From: an uncultured Planctomycetota bacterium
Lineage (GTDB): Bacteria; Planctomycetota; Planctomycetia; Isosphaerales; Isosphaeraceae
Assembly (NCBI GenBank): GCA_963737655.1
Contig: CAVTTN010000002.1
Span: 4,064,001-4,128,000, forward strand
Direction: 5' to 3'
Length of the DNA: 64,000 nt
Part shown: piece after piece, positions 29,754 through 39,810 of the stretch
Layout of the letters: each line of letters starts with the position of its first letter
How positions within the stretch are numbered: position 1 is the first letter of the stretch
Translations under genes and position numbers: made by a program
Notes under the pieces: generated by a model
Told to the model about the DNA's origin: nothing
The model's database searches: none
The model's input: only the letters and a program-made list of their open reading frames with translations

Positions 29754-30699
29754 TCATCGGGCCAGTGCGGGCTCCGCCCCCTCCTCCGCTTCGGTCACTG
29801 CGGTTCGGCTGAAGGACAGGAGGTAGTCGGCAGCCTTCGACGCTTGCGACGAGGCGGTGAAGATGAATCTCGGGTCGTCCTTCAACGCCCGGAGCCAATT
29901 TGCCAAGTAAGAAACGTGGTTGCCCAAATTCTCCGAGGCCGGGACGCCCAAATCTCGCCAGGTAGCAGGCCCCGACTTCGGCGACGAGTTCCCCCATCGC
30001 ATACGTGTGGCCCGCTTCCTTGCGGGACCAGTTCAACCGAGCGGGATGCTCCGTGGCGTGGATCAACTCGTGGAAGATCGTCTCGCAATACTCGTCGGCT
30101 TCGGTGAACGTGGCCTTCGGGGGAACCTGGATGTGGTCGTGGAGCGGGCTGTAGTATGCCCGACCACCTCCATACCGGATGCTGATCCCCGTGGCGGCGA
30201 TGGCCTCCTCGGCGGGTTCGTAGTCGATGACGGGAGGGTCGTTGACCGCCCCGCACCGACCGGCCCGGAGGTGATCGAGGTGACTTCCCTCGACCTGATC
30301 GACGTTGAACACGGTATACGCCTTCATGACGAAGAACCGATCCGCCTTATCCTCGCCGGTGTCGCTCTTGGTCACCTTCGTGATCGGGCTCCAGAAGACG
30401 ACCTGGCAGCCCCACTGGCCCTCGGGCACACCCTCGGGCCGTCGCATGACCTTGCCTCCGAGGCCCTTCCACTGATTGAACGTGGCCCACCACCTCGACG
30501 AGAGGTTATGTCGTGCCGACGACATCTCCAACAGGATCGGATTGATGCCCCTGTAGGGCTTCCTGGAGACGATGTTGGCGGGGAACCCGGCGTCCTTGTC
30601 GGCCCGCCACGGGCGTCTCCAGGGCGGGATGTTGCCGGATTCCAGGGCGACGACGATCTGGTTGGTGATCGACTGTCGAAGTTGCTGCTGGCTTGCCAT
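29754..30699 (-). pseudogene. ardC: ArdC-family antirestriction protein (ssDNA-binding + zincin-like domain), frameshift near 29955
   Basis: ITNQIVVALESG..PWRRPW...PYRGIN...WATFNQW...YTVFNVDQ...FHELIHAT...YAMGELVAE / HVSYLANWLRALKDD...ASKAADYL. Confidence 0.92.
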
Positions 30700-31095
30700 G
30701 TCCGCTCTCCGCTCGGGCCGTGGTTGGTTAACCTGACGACCCGTTGGGCGGTGTTCATGGCTGCGGTAGCGGCGACACGGCGATATCGCACGAGAGTTGA
30801 GACGAGGAGCGATCGTCCCGTACGATCGGCAGGTTCTCCGTCGTCTCAACGGCGGCTTGAGACCGGCAAGCTGAGCCCAGGATCGGATGGAAATTATTGA
30901 CCGAAATGACTTAGGGGCGGGCCGTTTCGAGGGATCGGCGTCGGCAAAGTCTCAGTCTCAGATGAGACCGGGACCGGGCCGAGGATTTGCAATTTTTGTA
31001 AACGGCCCGATGTCCCAGGATCGAGCCCCGGACACCGCCCAAAGGATCGAAGCGGGAGGTCGATCGTCGGGAAGAGAGACCGCAGGAGGATTCGA

Positions 31096-31689
31096 TCAGT
31101 CCGTCCCGGTCGCCGCCCGGTCGGCCGCCTCGACGGAGTAGGTCGGGTCGGCCTCGTCCCACGAAACGTCCCCGGACGGGCCGTAGATGGCCGGGACGTG
31201 GCGGCCCGCCAGCCGCAGCCAGGTCTGGACCTGGGTCCGGTGGTGGCAGGTGTGGAGCATACGCCTCCAGAACGTCCAGATCCGCTGCCGCTTCAGGCCG
31301 CCGAAGAAGGGCCGCTCCTCCAGCCACCATGCGGAGGTCGCCGAGGCCAGTTGCGGCAGCCTGCCCCTCGCCAGGGCCACGTACCTGTCGTGGTACTCCC
31401 GGAGAGTGGGCCGCTCCCCGTCCGGCAACAACCCTGGAACGGGAGGCTCCTCTGTGCCGACGAATTGGGCGAAGAAGCGGCGCTCGGAGAGGATCTGGTG
31501 GGTCAGGATCGCCCGGATCGTGTTGGTCCGCTCGTGGGGCCTGTAGTCGAGGAGGTCGTCGGGCACGGCCCGCCACAGGCTCGCCGTCTTGTTGGTCTCG
31601 CTGGCGTAGGTCAGGACGAGGTGCAGGAAGTGTGGATCACGTGCCGTGCGGATTTCCTCGTCGGGGATGGCGATCAACTCGTATCGCAT
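31096..31689 (-). CDS. DinB-family protein
   Basis: LDYRPHERTNTIRAILTHQILSE...LHTCHHRTQVQTWLRLAG..VPAIYGP. Confidence 0.88.
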   Translation of the reverse strand: MRYELIAIPDEEIRTARDPHFLHLVLTYASETNKTASLWRAVPDDLLDYRPHERTNTIRAILTHQILSERRFFAQFVGTEEPPVPGLLPDGERPTLREYHDRYVALARGRLPQLASATSAWWLEERPFFGGLKRQRIWTFWRRMLHTCHHRTQVQTWLRLAGRHVPAIYGPSGDVSWDEADPTYSVEAADRAATGTD

Positions 31690-31898
31690 GGCATGGCTCC
31701 GGCCGCTTGTCGCAATCCGCCGCCGCCCACGATCGGAGAAAGTCACGGCCTGACTCCCCGAGCGTGGTCACGTGCTCTGGTTATAACACACCTTGACCGA
31801 GTCCACTGCTTCATGACTACACGGCACACTCAGGGATTCTCCCATCGACGACAAGGAGGACGAACATCACTCGGACGACAAGAAGTGGAGACGCAGAC

Positions 31899-32384
31899 AT
31901 GGTGGCATCGACCGAATCGAAGCCCAACAAGACGGCCTTCATCACCGACCAGTTTTCCAAGAACCCCAAATCGAATTCCAAGGCCGTGAACGAGGCGTGG
32001 GCGAAGGCGGGTCACGCCGGTTCGATCAGCCCGACCTTCGTGAGCAAGCTGCGGAAAGACCTGGGCCTCACCGGTAACCTCCGGGCCCGCTCGAAGGCCA
32101 TCGGGACGAATGGCACGAACGGCGCTTACGTGCCGTCGGCGGCGAAGTCCAGGAAGCGGTCGGCGAAGGCTCGGGACAGGACACCCTCGAAGGCCACGAG
32201 CGGATCCGCATCCTCCTCCCCGTCCGGCGTCACGAAGAAGGGGGACCGCAGCCGGATGCTCGACGAGGTGGAGGCGGGGATCGACCACCTGATCTTCACG
32301 CTCAAGGTCAACGGCGGCATGCCGGAGGTCGAGGCGGCCCTGCGTTCGACCAGGAGGCTGCTGACCCGGAGCCACGGGGCGTGA
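31899..32384 (+). CDS. Basic hypothetical protein (possibly DNA-binding)
   Basis: NKTAFITDQFSKNPK...AVNEAWAKAG...ISPTFVSKLR; SD GGAG. Confidence 0.7.
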   Translation: MVASTESKPNKTAFITDQFSKNPKSNSKAVNEAWAKAGHAGSISPTFVSKLRKDLGLTGNLRARSKAIGTNGTNGAYVPSAAKSRKRSAKARDRTPSKATSGSASSSPSGVTKKGDRSRMLDEVEAGIDHLIFTLKVNGGMPEVEAALRSTRRLLTRSHGA

Positions 32385-32444
32385 TCCCCCGATCGCCCTT
32401 CAGGTTCCTCCGGCGACCGGGGGCGGCGTGCCGTGATCGACTCG

Positions 32445-32730
32445 GAGTGCCCGCCCCGCCCGTCCTCGTCCGACTCCTCGCCCAGCACGATCCGATCGAC
32501 CAGACGGCAGGCGGCGGGATCGGCCGGGGGCGTCCACGTCACGTCCACGCAGCAGGCCCGGTGCTGCACCGCCTTCAGCAGCGACATGAAGTCCCGGGCG
32601 GCGAAGGCGTGATGCTCCATGAACAGCCGCAGGGAGGCGATGCCGTCGATCCGGGCGTAGGCCGGGCGGTTCGTCACGGCGTCACGCAGCGGGGCCGGGC
32701 GGGAGCGGAGGAGATCGATCCGGGGCGAAG
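32445..32730 (-). pseudogene. DUF3050 N-terminal fragment
   Basis: LRLFMEHHAFAARDFMSLLKAVQ...WTPP...RLVDRIVLGEESD; truncated; boundaries approximate. Confidence 0.7.
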
Positions 32731-32921
32731 TCACGGTGAGGTCCGACGGGGGAGTGGGGGCGTCTGTGGGATCGATTGGAGTCGAAGTGGCGTCGCTCGA
32801 TCGGTCGGCCCGCCAGGATGGGGCCGAGCAGGCCGCTTCCGACGCCGCTCGGTGACGCTTACCATGTTGCGTCCGCTCGATCCGCCATGCATCGGATCGG
32901 CACCATGGAATCGAGGTACGC

Positions 32922-33935
32922 ATGCCACGCCCGACCCTCCCGGCACTCGCCTTCTTCGGCCCGTCCCTCGCCCGTCCCCTGGCTGCCGGAGAGCCTCCGC
33001 CCCGGCCGGTCCACACCTACTCGATCGTTGCCCGAGACCCGAAGACCGGCGACATCGGCGTGGCCGTCCAATCGCACTGGTTCGCCGTGGGGCCGCTCGT
33101 GCCCTGGGCCGAGGCCGGGGTCGGAGCCGTCGCCACCCAGTCGTTCGTCGATCCGTCCTACGGCAAGCTCGGCCTCGACCTGATGCGGGCCGGGCGGTCG
33201 GGGCCGGACGCCCTCAAGGGGCTGCTCGCCGCCGACGAGAACCGGGAGGTCCGCCAGGTGGCGATCCTCGACGCCAGCGGCAAGGTCGCCGCCCACACCG
33301 GCTCGAAGTGCATACCGTCTGCGGGACACCATGTCGGCGAAGGGTACTCGGTCCAGGCCAATCTCATGCTCAACGACACGGTGTGGCCCGCCATGTCGAA
33401 GGCGTTCGAATCGTCCCAGGGCGACCTGGCCGAGCGGCTGCTCATCGCCCTCGAAGCGGCCCAGAGGGCGGGCGGCGACATCCGGGGCAAGCAGTCGGCG
33501 GCCCTGATCGTCGTCTCCGGGAAGGCGACCGGCAAGCCCTGGCAGGATCGCCTGTACGACCTCCGGGTGGATGACAACTCGGAGCCCGTGGCCGAGCTTC
33601 GCAGGCTGGTCAAGCTCCAGCGGGCCTACAACCTCATGAACGAGGGCGACCTGGCCGTCGAGCGGAAGGACCACGAGGCGGCCCTGAAGGCATACGCCGG
33701 TGCAGAGGCCCTAGTACCGGGGAACGCCGAGATGATCTACTGGCACGCCGTCGCCCTGGTGAACCTGAAGCGAGTGGACGAGTCTGTGCCATTGTTTGCC
33801 AAGATCTTCACGATGGACCCCAATTGGAAGGAACTGACCCCGAGGCTCGTCGGTGTCGGCTTGCTGCCCGATGATCCTTCCGCCTTGAAGAAGATCCTGG
33901 GCGGCGAATCGAGCCCCGCCAAGGCGGACAAATGA
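32922..33935 (+). CDS. DUF1028 (Ntn-hydrolase-like) protein with C-terminal TPR
   Basis: HTYSIVARD...GVAVQSHWFAVG...GAVATQ...GGDIRGKQSAAL...DLRVDD. Confidence 0.9.
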   Translation: MPRPTLPALAFFGPSLARPLAAGEPPPRPVHTYSIVARDPKTGDIGVAVQSHWFAVGPLVPWAEAGVGAVATQSFVDPSYGKLGLDLMRAGRSGPDALKGLLAADENREVRQVAILDASGKVAAHTGSKCIPSAGHHVGEGYSVQANLMLNDTVWPAMSKAFESSQGDLAERLLIALEAAQRAGGDIRGKQSAALIVVSGKATGKPWQDRLYDLRVDDNSEPVAELRRLVKLQRAYNLMNEGDLAVERKDHEAALKAYAGAEALVPGNAEMIYWHAVALVNLKRVDESVPLFAKIFTMDPNWKELTPRLVGVGLLPDDPSALKKILGGESSPAKADK

Positions 33936-33970
33936 ACGTTACCACGTCTGGCCGATCGGGAGAGATCGTC

Positions 33971-34326
33971 GTGGACAAGGTGAACCTGACCGAGAAGCTG
34001 GCACTCTTCCACGACCATTGGACCCCAAAGGTTGTCGGCGAGTTGAATGGCCAGCACGTCAAGCTCGTCAAGTTCCGGGGCGAGTTCGTCTGGCACCATC
34101 ACGACGAGGACGAATTGTTCCTGGTCGTGAAGGGGCGCTTCGTGATGGAGTTCCGAGATCGTCAGGCCCGGCTGGAGGAGGGCGAGTTCCTGATCGTCCC
34201 GAGAAGCATCGAGCATCGCCCGGTCGCCGAGGAGGAGGTTCACGTCCTGCTGTTCGAGCCTGCGGGGACGCTGAACACCGGCGACGTACAGGATGAGCGG
34301 ACAGTTCCAGACCCCGAGCGAATTCG
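33971..34326 (+). CDS. Cupin protein whose stop codon appears lost (reads into the next gene)
   Basis: KVNLTEKLALFHDHWTPKVVGELN...FVWHHHDEDELF...EHRPVAEEEVHVLLFEP. Confidence 0.75.
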
Positions 34327-34336
34327 AGGACGCATC

Positions 34337-35383
34337 ATGACCTTCGAAGTGAGCCGAATCCGTGGGGAGATCGGCCAGGCGGCCCCTCGCAGGAGGACGA
34401 GCCTCCTCGGGCTGGGCCTGCTCCTATTGATCTTCAGCCCCACGATCTCGGCGGCGATGGCGGGACCGCCCCGGTCCCGCACATTCGAGTTGACCTACCG
34501 GGCCACGGTCCAGGAGATCCCCGAAGGCGCCAAAGCCCTCGACCTCTGGCTGCCCCTTCCGCAGACCGACCGGAACCAGACGATCCATCGGGTCACGGTG
34601 GACGCACCCGGCCCCGTGACCATCGGCAGGAAAGCACGCTTCGGCAATCAATGTCTCCACGTTCGGTCAAAGTCGCCGGACGGCCCCCTGACCGTCCGCC
34701 TGACCATCGAGGCGACCCGCATCGAGGACGCCGGGACCGATGAATCCCTGAGCGACGAGGACCGGACCCGATACCTCGCAGCCGAGCCGCTGGTCCCCCT
34801 GGATGGCCCCGTCCGCGCACTCGCCGTGGAGGCGACCCGTGGACTGACGACCGACGACGCCAAGGCTCGGGCGGTCTACGAGAAGGTCGTCGGCATGATG
34901 AAGTACGACAAGACCGGCACGGGCTGGGGGCGGGGCGATGCCCTGTTCGCCTGCGATGCGAAGCGGGGCAACTGCACCGACTTCCACGCCCTGATCATGG
35001 GGATGTGCCGCTCGGTCGGCATCCCGGCCCGGTTCGCCATCGGGCTGCCGCTGCCGGCGACCCGAGGCCGGGGGGAGATCCCCGGTTACCATTGCTGGGC
35101 CGAACTGTACGTGAAGGGTCGGGGCTGGGTGCCGATCGACGGCAGCGAGGCGGCGAAGCACCCGGAGAAGCGTGACTACTTCTTCGGCCACCACGACGAG
35201 GACCGCCTCGAATTCAGCCGGGGTCGGCACCTGATCCTGGTGCCCGCCCAGCAAGGGGACACGCTCAACTTCTTCGTCTACCCTTACGCCGAGGTGGACG
35301 GCAAGCTGCACCAGGCGATCGAGCATAAGTTGGCGTTCAAGGATCTTGAGCGTCCATCGACCGGACCGGAGGCGGGCCGATGA
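34337..35383 (+). CDS. Transglutaminase-like protein
   Basis: GNCTDFHAL...GIPARF...GYHCWAE...GWVPID; own SD GAGGA and signal-like segment. Confidence 0.88.
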   Translation: MTFEVSRIRGEIGQAAPRRRTSLLGLGLLLLIFSPTISAAMAGPPRSRTFELTYRATVQEIPEGAKALDLWLPLPQTDRNQTIHRVTVDAPGPVTIGRKARFGNQCLHVRSKSPDGPLTVRLTIEATRIEDAGTDESLSDEDRTRYLAAEPLVPLDGPVRALAVEATRGLTTDDAKARAVYEKVVGMMKYDKTGTGWGRGDALFACDAKRGNCTDFHALIMGMCRSVGIPARFAIGLPLPATRGRGEIPGYHCWAELYVKGRGWVPIDGSEAAKHPEKRDYFFGHHDEDRLEFSRGRHLILVPAQQGDTLNFFVYPYAEVDGKLHQAIEHKLAFKDLERPSTGPEAGR

Positions 35384-36529
35384 CTCGACGGAAGGTCGGC
35401 ATCTGGGTCTGGCTGCCCATCGCTCGTCTCCGGTCGTCGGGGTGGTCATCACGACGACCGGAGGGATGGTGTCAGGGCAACGGGGATGCTCCGGCGAACA
35501 AGATCGGGACGTTACGTAATTTCTGAATCAGGAGGACAACGGGTTGAACGGGGTAGAGTTCAGGGGCTTGATCGCCGTCTGACACCGTGTTTCTGTGAGG
35601 GCAACGAGCCGGGTCCGTTCCCCACTTGCCGCATCCGATTGAGGCAAGCGGTCAGATGGCCACGTCAACCGAGGAATGACCCATGCGGAGCGAAGTCCGG
35701 TTCGTGATGCTGCCCGAGGTCGAAGCGGTCCTCTTCCGTCTCATCACGTCCGACGCTGGGACGGTCCTCGTCAACGGGCCGAGATGGGGCACCCCCGAGC
35801 CGCCGATCGTCGCACGGTTGGAGGACGCCGGGCCGCATCTGCTGATCTGGAGCCCGTCCGATCACGCTTCGTTGGCGGCGAATCGACACGAGAAGGATGG
35901 GAGGGTTTGGTGGTATTGCCGGGACGAGGGAGCGACGATCCAGTTTCTCCGTAGCCGACACCGACCCGGCGAGTCGTTCATCTACGAGGGGAGGCTGGCC
36001 GTGGCCACGACGCAGCGGGGCGAGCCGCCCGGCTCCGGAGTCACGGCCTCAGTCGTCCAAAGCCGCTACCTCTCCCTCAAGCGGCAGATTCAGAAGTCGT
36101 GTAGGAACAAGGTGGTCATCTGGCAGAACCGCTCGCTGCCCCGGTCGAGGACGAATCCGCTCATGCCCGATGCCGGCCTCTGGGCCGGCCCCGAGCGCTT
36201 CGCTGGCTGGAGGAGGACTCGGCGAACCGCTGGGTCCAGGTGGTGCCCGATGCCCACGCCAGGGGCTACCTGCTCGACATGGTGCCCTGACAGACGACTG
36301 GACCCTTCCCTGGACGGCTCGAACTCGGCTATGGATTCCGCTTGCCTTCGATCGGATCGCCTGTACACTGGCTCGGTTGGGCCTAATTCGGGGGCATCGC
36401 ATGCCGCTCCGGCGAGTGCCGTGCGACCTGTTCTATGCCCGCCACGGGCAAGTTACTTGGTTCAACCGCCTGCCGGCCAGGCATCCAGATGGACAAGGGC
36501 ATTTCTGCCCGGTGGTTGGAAGCAGAACG

Positions 36530-38668
36530 ATGAGGACCAAGGTCATGGCGAAAGGACACTCGGAACAAGCCGGCCTTCTCGCCCCTGCGCCGTTCGCCTT
36601 CGCCGACCGCTTCCTGCAGGACCACGCCGGTCAGATCATCAGCGACCCACGCACGGCCGTCCTCGAATTGATCGCCAACTCCTACGACGCCAGGGCGACG
36701 AAGATCGACATCCTCTGGCCCGCCGAGAGGGGGGGGAAGTTCTCGGTCTCTGACGACGGCATCGGCATGACGATGGCCGAGTTCGAGAGGCGGTGGCGAA
36801 CCCTGTGCTACGACCGGGCGGCCGAACAGGGCACCGCCGTCGCCTTCCCGAGTGGAGTCAGAGGGGTCAAGCGAACGGCGTTCGGACGAAACGGCAAGGG
36901 GCGACACGCCCCGTTCTGCTTCGCCGATTCGTACGAGGTAGTCACGAGGAAGGGCGGAGACTCGATCCACGTGCGAGTCGAGTTGGCCTCCTCCGGGACC
37001 ACGCCGTTCGAGATTTCACATCTGGGCGGATCGAAGAAGGACGGGCACGGAACGGTGATCTCCGCCACGCTCGAAAGGCACCTGCTGGATGTCGAGGAAC
37101 TGCGGCAGTTGATCGGGTCGAAGTTCCTCGTCGATCCGTCCCTCTGCATCAACGTAAACGATTTCCCGGTTCAACTCATGGCCCTCGCAGGGTTGAAAAC
37201 GACCCTGATTCCCGTGGAGGATCACGGGGAGATCACCGTCCATTTCATCGACTCGATCGAGCATTACCGAACCTCGAAGCTCCGAGGGATCACCTGGTGG
37301 GTCAATCAGCGGAGGGTCGGCGAGCCAAGCTGGGACCGGCTCGATGAAGAGGGTGCCTACCTCGACGGGCGAACGGAACATGCGAAGAAGTTCAGCTTCG
37401 TGGTCATGGCCGACTTCCTGACGCCGGGCCAGGACGCGAAGGCCGATTGGTCGGACTTTCATGCAAACCAGCGGACGAATGCCGTGCGGGGCGCCGTGCA
37501 CCGGCACGTCATCAAGGAAATCCAGGCTCAGGCGGCGACGACCCGCAAGGAGCGGAAGTAGATCGCCATCGAGAACAGCCGAGATTTGATGGGGGAGTTG
37601 CCGACGATCTCGAAGAAGACGATCGGCCAGTTCATCGACGAGGTTCAGGAGAAGTGCCCGACGATCTCAGACCGTGAGCTCTCACGAACCGTGCAGGTCT
37701 TGGCGAAGTTGGAGCAGAGTCGTGCCGGGTACGACCTCCTGACGCAGTTGGTCGCCTGCTCGCCGGATGATCTCGACACATGGAACTCCCTGATGCAGCA
37801 GCGGACAGCGAGCAACGCCGAGATCGTGCTGAACGAACTCGACCGACGCCTGAAGCTGATCGAACGCATGGAGAAGCTGGTCGAGAACCCCCTCGCCGAC
37901 GAACTCCACGACCTCCAACCGCTCTTCGAGCGGGGCCTCTGGATTTTCGGGCCGGAGTACGAAGCCGTCGATTTCCGATCCAATCGAGGTCTGGCCAAGG
38001 TCATCGGGAGGTTCCTCGGAGGCGCCGACGACAGGCCGCCGAAGCGGAGGCCCGACTTCGTCGTCCTGCCGGAGATTTCCATCGGGGCTTACTGCGCCGA
38101 TGCGTACGATGCGGCAGGCGAAATCTCCGGCATCCGAAAGGTCGCTATACCGGAGCTGAAGAAGGGCGGCTTCTGCGTGGCTCAGAAGGAAGTCGATCAG
38201 GCTCGTGACTACTCGAAAGAGATTCGGAAAGCCGGCCGTGTCCACGCCACAACCGAGATCGTCGCTTATGTCCTCGGGGCCACGCTGGAGCAAGGCTTGG
38301 AGCAGATGCCGGTCGGCGATAAAACGACGATCATCCCGATGGTATACGGGACGGTGCTTCGCAAAGCCCACCAGCGGACATTCAATCTCCAGAAGCGCCT
38401 GCGAGAAATCCAGCCCCCGACCCTGCACGACCCGGAAGTAGAAGAAGTCCTTCGGCTCGACGGGCAGAAATCTCTGTTCGATCATCATCCAACGCCGCAG
38501 GCGAAAACCCCGTCTCAGGAAGGTACGGTCAACTCCTCAGCACTGACACCGAAAAAGGACGGCGCCGCATCACTCATGATCGGTAATTCGGCGCACAAAC
38601 CTGGGCCACCGACGAGGTGGCCAGTGTCGGGATCGCCCCGGTCCTCTGCGAATCGGGTGAGACCGTGA
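36530..38668 (+). pseudogene. GHKL (HATPase_c_3) ATPase fused to a PD-(D/E)xK-like nuclease, in-frame TAG at 37559-37561
   Basis: ELIANSYDA, DDGIGMT, GRNGKGR, HGT; after the stop, in frame: LFERGLWIFGPEY, RPDF, ELKKG. Confidence 0.8.
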
Positions 38669-38816
38669 CCTCGCCGGTTGGAATGTGGGCTGGCTCGACG
38701 CTCCCCGGGCGAGGCCGGGGCCACGCCACTCTCGGCCGATGTTTCCTCCTGGCAGTGGTCCCGGGGTGGGGACGGCTCCCGTGGGGAGTGGTAACCGAGG
38801 ACGGGGCCTTCCTTCA

Positions 38817-39203
38817 TTACAGCAGCTTCAGTTGCCCGGTGATCGGGTCGATCCGCTCGGGGAAGTCGGGGCCGATGACGCAGCAGGTCGGCGTCGGGAC
38901 GCCGCGGAACTCGGTCCGCCCCGCATCGACGCAAAGCTGCACGAGGACGCCCGCCTCCTGGGCCCGCTGCACCACGGCGACAAGCTCCTCCTCGGAGTCC
39001 ACCCGGACGCAGACCTTGGTGAAGGCCCCGTCGAGCCAGCGGCGCTCGGCCTCGGTGAACGAGGAGCCGGGCTGGCGGATGCGGGTGGCTAGCCGGATCA
39101 TGCTGGCGTGCGCCCCCCGGGCGATCTCCTTGCCCCGCCGCATCCCCAGGTCTCGCCGCATGACGATCGCCTGCTTCGGTGCGGGCCCGTCGGTCGTTCC
39201 CAT
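38817..39203 (-). CDS. Peptidyl-tRNA hydrolase, Pth2 family
   Basis: KQAIVMRRDLGMRRGK..AHAS...KVCVRV.SEEEL...DAGRTEF...TCCVIGP...IDPITGQLKLL. Confidence 0.9.
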   Translation of the reverse strand: MGTTDGPAPKQAIVMRRDLGMRRGKEIARGAHASMIRLATRIRQPGSSFTEAERRWLDGAFTKVCVRVDSEEELVAVVQRAQEAGVLVQLCVDAGRTEFRGVPTPTCCVIGPDFPERIDPITGQLKLL

Positions 39204-39283
39204 CGTCGGCGCTCTCCGGCCTTCCACCCGCCCTTCCCCCGGACATGCCCGGAGGGCTCCGGGATCGGCCATCGCACCCTCGA

Positions 39284-39712
39284 TCATTTCAGCCGATCGG
39301 CGATCCGCTCCCGGAACTGCTCGCCGGTGACCTTGGAGCCCCAGGTCACCGGGATCTTCAGCAGCCGCTTCACCTCGTCGTAGGACAACCCCGCCTCGAC
39401 GAGCTTCTCCATCGTCGGCAGGAACACCTCGCCGAAGAATTCGCCCATCTTGCCTGCGACCTGACGGTCGAACGACTCGGCGGTGATCCTCGTCTTCTTC
39501 TTCCTCTCGGCATCGTCCTTCCGGGCCTTTTGATCGTCGTGAGTGTCGCCCGAGTGGCCGAGCCGGGCCTTCGCCCCCATGATCGCCGCCACCATGCCCC
39601 GCTCCTTGGCCTTGCCCACGGGCGAGCCGTCGAGGAGGGCCTTGGCGTAGGCGTAGGTGGCGAGGATGTCGAACTTCCCGATCGACACGTCTACCGGCTG
39701 CGATTTCGCCAT
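39284..39712 (-). CDS. Hypothetical protein
   Basis: IGKFDILATYAYAKAL...AKERGMVAAIMGA. Confidence 0.65.
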   Translation of the reverse strand: MAKSQPVDVSIGKFDILATYAYAKALLDGSPVGKAKERGMVAAIMGAKARLGHSGDTHDDQKARKDDAERKKKTRITAESFDRQVAGKMGEFFGEVFLPTMEKLVEAGLSYDEVKRLLKIPVTWGSKVTGEQFRERIADRLK

Positions 39713-39810
39713 TTTGGACCCACGCTGAAGGCCGATCGTTTCCGTTGTGCCACCCGCCGCCGACCCGTGACGCTCCATCCACGTCGGTTTTGAAGTGAGG
39801 CGGTGACGGC

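Larger units (their letters stand above)
21921..31041. repeat. Dispersed oriented motif ACACCGCCCA (15 copies in this span)
   Basis: TGGGCGGTGT starting at 21921, 22380, 22775, 23312, 24337, 25014, 25553, 25748, 26524, 27512, 28257, 28916, 29683 and 30745; inverted copy at 31032. Confidence 0.93.

Noticed and set aside
21921..31041. CRISPR array interpretation of the recurring repeat
   Set aside because: The conserved core is only 10 bp, the spacing is gene-sized and irregular (195 to >1000 bp), and no cas genes are present
21921..31041. Classical integron with attC cassettes
   Set aside because: No GTTRRRY/RYYYAAC core sites seen, the motif is fixed relative to start codons, and the integrase is tRNA-associated and ~14 kb away
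26089..37561. Programmed amber readthrough or recoding at the in-frame TAGs (26089, 37559)
   Set aside because: TAG terminates intact core genes here and the island has many other lesions; simple nonsense mutation is more parsimonious
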